Part shown: positions 46,253 through 49,594 of the stretch, one piece after another | How the letters are laid out: the number at the start of each line of letters is the position of its first letter | How positions within the stretch are numbered: the stretch's first letter is position 1 | From: Thermodesulfobacteriota bacterium | GTDB lineage: Bacteria > Desulfobacterota_D > UBA1144 > Nemesobacterales > N074bin48 | Length of the DNA stretch: 49,594 nucleotides | Assembly: GCA_041572575.1 (NCBI GenBank) | Contig: JBFFSH010000009.1 | Location: 1 to 49,594 of the forward strand | Reading direction: 5' to 3' | The notes under the pieces: model-generated | The model's input: the letters and a program-made list of their open reading frames with translations, nothing else | Database searches by the model: none | Told to the model about the DNA's origin: nothing | Translations under genes and position numbers: made by a program

Positions 46253-46879
46253 ATGCATATTGTTAAATTATTACTATTTCTGAATATAATTATTGGGAGT
46301 AACTTAGTTTTTGCACAGGACATACCACAAGCAGAATTCGCTAAATGTTCATTAACTAAAAATGATATACAAAGATTAAGTTGTTTTGATAACCTTTCAA
46401 AAAAATATGAATTAAATAAACCTGCATCCAAAATAGTTAACAAGGGAAATTGGGCTGTACAAACTGATATTTCCCCTATTGATGATTCTACTAATGTTTA
46501 CCTTGCTGTACCTGGCGATCAAGCATTTAAAGGTTGGTTAAAGAGTTATAATCCTCAACTGATGTTAAGATGTAAGGAAAATGTAACTGAATTGTTAATT
46601 CATACAGGTATGGCTCCAGATGTTGAATATGGCCATAGAGGTGCTACAACTACTTTGAGATATGACAAAGAAAAAGCATATAAGCTAAGAATGTCTAAAT
46701 CAACAGATGGCGAAGCATTATTTTTCCCAAATCCTATAAGCAATATAAAAAAAATGATGAATCATAGTACTCTATTATTTCAATTTACACCATACAATGC
46801 TAGTCCTACTATGACAACATTTAAAATTTCTGGTTTGAGTGAAGCAGCAAAACCACTAAGAGAACATTGCGGATGGTAG
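46253..46879 (+). CDS. VasI/TagO-like secreted protein
   Basis: Signal peptide; C....ND..RL.CFD; W....SPIDDS; L.LRC.EN.T; PLR..C.W C-terminus. Confidence 0.8.
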   Translation: MHIVKLLLFLNIIIGSNLVFAQDIPQAEFAKCSLTKNDIQRLSCFDNLSKKYELNKPASKIVNKGNWAVQTDISPIDDSTNVYLAVPGDQAFKGWLKSYNPQLMLRCKENVTELLIHTGMAPDVEYGHRGATTTLRYDKEKAYKLRMSKSTDGEALFFPNPISNIKKMMNHSTLLFQFTPYNASPTMTTFKISGLSEAAKPLREHCGW

Positions 46880-46996
46880 TGCTCATAACTAAAATTAAAT
46901 ATATTATTTAATATGTTAAAGTCATGATACATAGCTTTTTCATATAGATATCAATTAATTAATTAACTAATATTTTAGCTCTTAAATATAACTATT

Positions 46997-47569
46997 ATGT
47001 ACATGAAGTTAAAAATAGTTTCATTAATGTTTTTATACCTTTCATTATATTCCATATATTTACCAACATATGCAGCTGAAACTACTACTTACGGCAATTG
47101 GACAGTCACAAAAAAAGTAGATGAATTTACCGGCGATAAATCACTAGAGGCTAAGATAAGGAGTATAAATATAATAACTGGTTGGCTTTCTCAAAAGGGT
47201 AAAGCTTATATTTCTATTCATTGTGGCAAATTAAACTATTTAACATTTATCTCAATAGGAATAGAAGGTGGTGTCGGATTTAATAATTCATTTATGGACT
47301 TTAAAGTTGATGATAATGATGGAGTACAAACATTTTCATGGAATGGAGATATAGGAGATGATATAATTTTTTCTGCGGTAGGCAAAGGAGCAATTTTCTC
47401 TGAATCTTCTAAAACACCGATAATGTTTGAGCAAATGAAGACAGGTAAAAAAATTAAAATACGTATCAATCCCTTCAAAACAGAAAGACAAGTTGTCGAA
47501 TTCAATTTAAATGGTTCTGATAAAGCACTAACAGAAGTAGAAACATTTTGCACAGAATTGAATAAATAG
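46997..47569 (+). CDS. Secreted hypothetical protein resembling the VasI C-terminal domain
   Basis: Signal peptide; GNW.V....DEFT; I.C; MK.GKKI.IR..P.......EF.L.G...A......C. Confidence 0.65.
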   Translation: MYMKLKIVSLMFLYLSLYSIYLPTYAAETTTYGNWTVTKKVDEFTGDKSLEAKIRSINIITGWLSQKGKAYISIHCGKLNYLTFISIGIEGGVGFNNSFMDFKVDDNDGVQTFSWNGDIGDDIIFSAVGKGAIFSESSKTPIMFEQMKTGKKIKIRINPFKTERQVVEFNLNGSDKALTEVETFCTELNK

Positions 47570-47599
47570 TTAACAAAAGATATAGCGTCATAACTACTA

Positions 47600-48127
47600 T
47601 TATTTGCTTAAATCTGCACCGCAAAATCTACACTTAATTGCATCCATCTTTACATTCTCAGCGCATTCTGGACATTTTTTGGTAGCATCGTTTTCTTCAG
47701 CTTTCATCTCTTTGCCCATATGACGAGCTATAAAAAATCCAATTAAACAACAAACAGCCATAATAATAGATAAGCCTCCTGTTAACATTGCAAATATTCC
47801 ACCACCAATAGCTGCACCAGCTGCCTCAGCACTACTCTGTGTTTCCAATGACGAAGCGGCCTTTCCCCCAACAATAAAACCTATTGGTATAAATGCAAAC
47901 CATTCAGCTGCACCAATCAAAAACCCTCTTTTAAATACCTTAGAAAGGCTTTTAGCTCCTTTAAGTATAAAGTAAGATGTTATAATCCATCCTCCTAAGA
48001 AAGTTATAGCAATAAATAGTCCAGACGGTCCTGTAGAAGAACCAACATCAGAAAATAGCATGGCAGAACCCATGTAAATCAAAAACCCTGAAAACAATCC
48101 CATTATGATAGCTACAACATATTTCAT
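47600..48127 (-). CDS. Membrane protein with C-terminal zinc ribbon
   Basis: Four TM segments; KKCPECAE.VK..A.KCRFCG; GGAGG RBS. Confidence 0.85.
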   Translation of the reverse strand: MKYVVAIIMGLFSGFLIYMGSAMLFSDVGSSTGPSGLFIAITFLGGWIITSYFILKGAKSLSKVFKRGFLIGAAEWFAFIPIGFIVGGKAASSLETQSSAEAAGAAIGGGIFAMLTGGLSIIMAVCCLIGFFIARHMGKEMKAEENDATKKCPECAENVKMDAIKCRFCGADLSK

Positions 48128-48255
48128 TCTCTGTCCCTCCTATAATAAGGATAGCTATATTATATAAGATTCTGACTAGCTAGTTCAAGCACTTTTTAAA
48201 TTCCAATTGAATTTGTGATAGTTGATGTGTTATCATTTCCATTAAAAACACTCAG

Positions 48256-48723
48256 ATGATTAAAAAACGAAAGATCTCTATTTTGCTAGCCTTCATTTGC
48301 CTATTACTAGGGTCAGTAATATATATACTATTTCGCCCCATGAGTTTAATGTTGTTCAACTGGATTGAATTATTACGCTTTACAGATTCACTCATCATTA
48401 TGCGTACTTGGATTACTGGTATACATATCCTATTACCAGCATGGATTGTCTATTCACTACCTTTTGCCCTTTGGGTGTGTAGTTACTTATTTTTCATTGA
48501 GTATATATGGGATAAGCCGATGTCTATATCACGCAACATATGGTTTTGGTGCTTACCTATTATAGCTCTGGCTGTCGAAATTTCACAAAGTATATCAATA
48601 TTGCCAGGAATATACGATTCTACTGATTTATTATTACTTTTAGTTGTGATAATTATTGGAATTGTATTAACATTCTACAATAGAATCTATGATGGAGTAA
48701 AAAACAATGAATCAAATACTTAA
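48256..48723 (+). CDS. Hypothetical membrane protein
   Basis: G..IY.LFR...L..F.W, W.VYSLP..LW, E..Q......G.YD..D motifs. Confidence 0.75.
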   Translation: MIKKRKISILLAFICLLLGSVIYILFRPMSLMLFNWIELLRFTDSLIIMRTWITGIHILLPAWIVYSLPFALWVCSYLFFIEYIWDKPMSISRNIWFWCLPIIALAVEISQSISILPGIYDSTDLLLLLVVIIIGIVLTFYNRIYDGVKNNESNT

Positions 48724-49135
48724 AAAGCACATATCATCATTAACCGTTTTAATTATATTTAGTATCCTTGCTATTGGGACTACTGACACAGATGTAGATA
48801 CTAAAAAAGTTCAATCACAATCTCCTGCATACACTCTTACGGCTAACCAGCTTTACAATGAATACAAAAACAATGAGGTTGCAGCCGATTCAAAGTACAA
48901 GGGCAAAATAGTTGTAGTTTCTGGGACAGTTCAAGATATAGGAAAAGATATTATGAATGAAGCATATATTGTAATTGGGGGTACCGGTTTATTGGACGGT
49001 GTACAATGTATGTTCACAAAAGGCCAGCAATCTTCTGTAGCAAAGCTGTCTAAAGGTCAACAAGTAAAAGTTAAGGGTGAAGTTTCTAGCTTGACTTTAG
49101 GTGTTGTATTGCTATTTCGATGCAGTGTACAGTAA
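48707..49135 (+). CDS. tRNA_anti-like OB-fold membrane-anchored protein
   Basis: TA.QL..EY..NEVAAD.KYKGK.V.VSG.V..I; L.KGQ.V.VKG. Confidence 0.85.
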   Translation: MNQILKKHISSLTVLIIFSILAIGTTDTDVDTKKVQSQSPAYTLTANQLYNEYKNNEVAADSKYKGKIVVVSGTVQDIGKDIMNEAYIVIGGTGLLDGVQCMFTKGQQSSVAKLSKGQQVKVKGEVSSLTLGVVLLFRCSVQ

Positions 49136-49412
49136 ATTACATTCGTGTGATCTGTTTTATGTTTAGACAACATCATTCTCTAAATTAGATGTTCTTAATT
49201 TGAGGATTAAGAGTATTAAATAGTAATTTTCCCTAAATATTATCCATCTACATAATATCAATCAAACTCCCACCTGCTTAAGACCTTTACTCTTATTAAT
49301 CAGATAAGCCGGCGCTGCCGGATTTTAGTTTTGTAATACATTTGGGATTTTTTTAGATAGTACAAGACCCGATATTTTTCATTTGGAAATTAAAGAGTAA
49401 AATAAGTTTTTA

Positions 49413-49594
49413 ATGAAAACAATTTTAACAATCCTTATTCTTACAATAACTTGTTTTTTTCTGTGTCATGCGGACCTAAATACAGAGTTTTGTATGTAGA
49501 AGATATCAGTAAACAAATGGAAATTAAGGCTGGGGATTATGTGGAAGTAACTACTAAAGATAAAAAGCAATACAGGTTTAAAACCCGGAAAATA
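49413..49594 (+). pseudogene. Probable lipoprotein gene, frameshifted at a T7 run; runs off the window
   Basis: MKTILTILILTITCFF, then +1 T at 49454-49460 gives SVSCGPKYRVLYVEDISKQMEIKAGDYVEVTTKDKKQYRFKTRKI (lipobox-like SVSC), open to the window end. Confidence 0.55.

Noticed and set aside
46879..46921. dif/pdif-like site (GTGCTCATAA ... ATATGTTAAAG)
   Set aside because: The XerC-like and XerD-like halves are ~22 nt apart rather than 6; likely chance in AT-rich DNA
46253..47569. A type VI secretion system
   Set aside because: Only VasI/TagO-like accessory genes; no tssB/C, hcp, vgrG or clpV in the window
256..48565. Many 60-140 aa ORFs in the track that overlap longer genes (e.g. 2076-2369, 2892-3317, 21653-22027, 30373-30735, 47236-47553)
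   Set aside because: Antisense or alternate-frame shadows of well-supported genes, with no recognisable motifs
49309..49326. Small GC hairpin CCGGC-GCT-GCCGG followed by ATTTT as a terminator or ncRNA
   Set aside because: Only a 5-bp stem, ~170 nt from the nearest upstream stop; too weak to call
1..49594. tRNA, rRNA, CRISPR arrays, prophage genes
   Set aside because: No cloverleaf or T-loop signature in intergenic gaps, no regularly spaced repeats and no phage hallmark proteins seen by eye; an Infernal/tRNAscan run would be definitive

Overview
AT-rich, gene-dense bacterial chromosomal window with about 63 CDSs. I found no rRNA, tRNA or CRISPR array. Gene content suggests a Desulfobacterota/Dadabacteria-like organism, but that is only an impression. 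All family calls are from motif recognition by eye; no searches were run. The window opens inside a probable IS1595/IS1016-type element that appears to have inserted into the first codons of a secreted-protein gene. It then carries thiL plus two CNNM/CorC genes; an accessory run of small genes that includes a circularly permuted acyl carrier protein split exactly at the phosphopantetheine-Ser position; DUF763, AmmeMemoRadiSam amrS-amrB and an archaeal-type SAM synthetase; a cytochrome P460-family lipoprotein; mltA, ppiC and a Kef system; a ppx-CHAD-ParA operon with ppk2 nearby; an 891-aa 2x cNMP-binding/acyltransferase/SGNH-hydrolase fusion; a TetR-AhpD pair with visible operators; a nitrilase; and an AT-rich tail with VasI/TagO-like genes. 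The best candidates for undescribed biology are (1) the Ser-less permuted ACP, (2) ppx-CHAD-ParA as a possible polyphosphate-granule positioning system and (3) the ligand-gated acyltransferase/hydrolase fusion.
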